Shown here one piece after another: positions 62,007 through 64,000 of a stretch of 64,000 nt of DNA. Under the pieces are notes generated by a model. That model was not told where the DNA came from. It saw only the letters and a list, made by a program, of their open reading frames with translations, and did no database searches. A program made the translations under genes and the position numbers. Origin of the DNA: the human T2T-CHM13v2.0 reference genome, Homo sapiens; the NCBI RefSeq assembly GCF_009914755.1, contig NC_060940.1; one strand, written 5' to 3'. How positions within the stretch are numbered: position 1 is the stretch's first letter; every line of letters begins with the position of its first letter.

Positions 62007-62288
62007 GGCAGGGCATGGTGGCTCACTCCTGTAATCCCAGCGCTTTGGGAGTCCAAAGCTGGAGAATCACTTGAGGCAAGGAGTGAGACCCTGTTTCTAC
62101 AAAAAAAAAAAAAAAAAAAAAAAAAAAATTAGTCCGGTGTGGTGATGTGCACAATGTGGTCCCAGCTACTCGGGAGGCTGAGGCAGGAGGATTGCTTGAA
62201 CCCAGGAGATCAGGGCTACCGTGAGCTGGTGTCATGCCACTGCACTCCAGCATGAGCAATAGACTGACACCCTGTCTCAAAAAAAAAA
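62007..62288 (+). mobile_element. AluJ with left-arm deletion and expanded A linker
   Basis: ggcagggcatggtggctcac...(a)n...ggaggattgcttgaacccagg. Confidence 0.85.
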
Positions 62289-63021
62289 TCCTGATTATAA
62301 AGAAATATAAGTCTATTAGAATTTTTTAAAGTAGCACCAGGACAGAAAAAGAAAAATCACTTGTAATCTCATCACCCAAAAATAGCCACTATTGAAGAGA
62401 TTTGAAGTACCTCTTCCCAGTCTTTTTTATTTGTATTTAGAGTGTCTGTGTAAAACACATTTAGATCATTCTAGGTAAATCATTTTGCATTCTCTCGTTT
62501 CACTTGGTATCATATCACGAGCAGTTTTGTGTCTTTAAATATTATCTCTGAATGGCCTTAACGGCCGCATGATGTCTCTGTTAACTTCCCACGGCTAGGC
62601 ACTGAAGTTATTTGTTGTTATTACTGCCATGGTGATCTTTATATCCACATTTTAGTGTAGGATTCTGATTATTTCTCTAGGGTCAGCTCCTGTGAAGAGA
62701 ATTGCTGGGCCCTTTAAGATTCTTGGCAAAGACTGTCAACATGCTTCCCAGAAAAACATGTATTGACGCCAGCTGTGTATGAGTATGCCTGTCAGGCCTC
62801 ACCCTCCTTGGTACGGGGTATTGTCATTTTAGTTGCTAATTTGATTGCAAGTTTTATTTTGTATTTCTACTGTGTTTCAATTTTTCCAGGACTATTGACC
62901 ATTTGTTGTTTTGTTTGCTGTCAGTTTTTTAGTATTGAGTCTATAACGATCTTGATTTTTTTTCTGTCGGTTTTTGTTTCTTTTAGATGTTTTTTGATGC
63001 GGCTGTGCTTCTTACTTATAA

Positions 63022-63384
<363 letters not shown>

Positions 63385-63924
63385 TAAATCTTTTTCTTTT
63401 ACTTTTTCTACATAATTATTTTGACCCATAGTGGTTTTTAATTTTTACCTAATCAAATCCGGTGACTTTTTTTGTGTGGAATTTCTTCCGTTTGTAGTAT
63501 GCGTGATTGTGGGAACAAGTTTCTGCTTGCTTTTCTTGAAAAAATTAGCTATTTGTGTTTGCTCATTTTCTAGATAAGCTTTAAACCTCGATTCCAGTAG
63601 AAAAATAATTAACCGGGATTCCAATTATAATTTTTTAAGCTGCCTAGGTTGCTTTTAAGAGGAGTAATGAGTATTGAGTAAAATTCTTGTCTGGCATTGG
63701 CCTGGTAGTCTCTTAGAATTCATTGTTGTGAACAAAAAAAGAAAACTGGCTTAAAATTGAAGCAAGAAGCCCTGAAAATCACTGTTTTACGTTAAAAGGG
63801 GGTTTATTGATTGAATTAACAAAAGTTTTGTCTTGATCAGACAATGGCATGATCAAGGACTTGGTGTTATGTGGACCTAGTCTGTCTCTGTGTTGGTCTG
63901 TCTGTATTTCTCTCCCTGGTCTAT

Positions 63925-64000
63925 CTTTTTTTTTTTGGAGATGGAGTCTCTCTCTGTTGCCCAGGCTGGAGTGCAGTGGCATGATCTTAGCTCACTGCAA
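63925..64000 (-). mobile_element. Alu 3' end, cut by the window edge
   Basis: poly-T, gagatggagtctc...cccaggctggagtgcagtgg. Confidence 0.9.

Overview
Primate (most likely human) euchromatic DNA lying wholly inside one large + strand gene. The only coding sequence I can support is a single 83-nt internal exon (21878-21960) reading ENEVLKVQLKKYVGAVQMLKREGQTAE, which I recognise from memory as the coiled-coil region of sorting nexin 29 (SNX29/RUNDC2A, human 16p13). The rest is intron: about 35 Alu pieces (AluJ/S/Y, FLAM), solo LTRs (MER4A, MER41A, THE1A, MLT2, MLT1), hAT MITEs (MER1B, MER58A, MER63A, MER5A, MER119), L1/L2/MIR fossils, a 60-bp VNTR (about 14 units) and smaller tandem or inverted repeats. 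I judge all supplied ORFs to be spurious (Alu-derived or chance), apart from noting the VNTR frames. No new multi-gene system is evident. The best leads are a textbook recursive-splice motif at 41069/41070, the VNTR that is open on both strands with both stops in one unit, a G-quadruplex motif and inverted Alus around the exon, a tandem E-box cluster, and several template-switch or fold-back scars. Repeat subfamily names come from recalled consensus sequences, not a search. Repeat boundaries are approximate unless target-site duplications (TSDs) are quoted.
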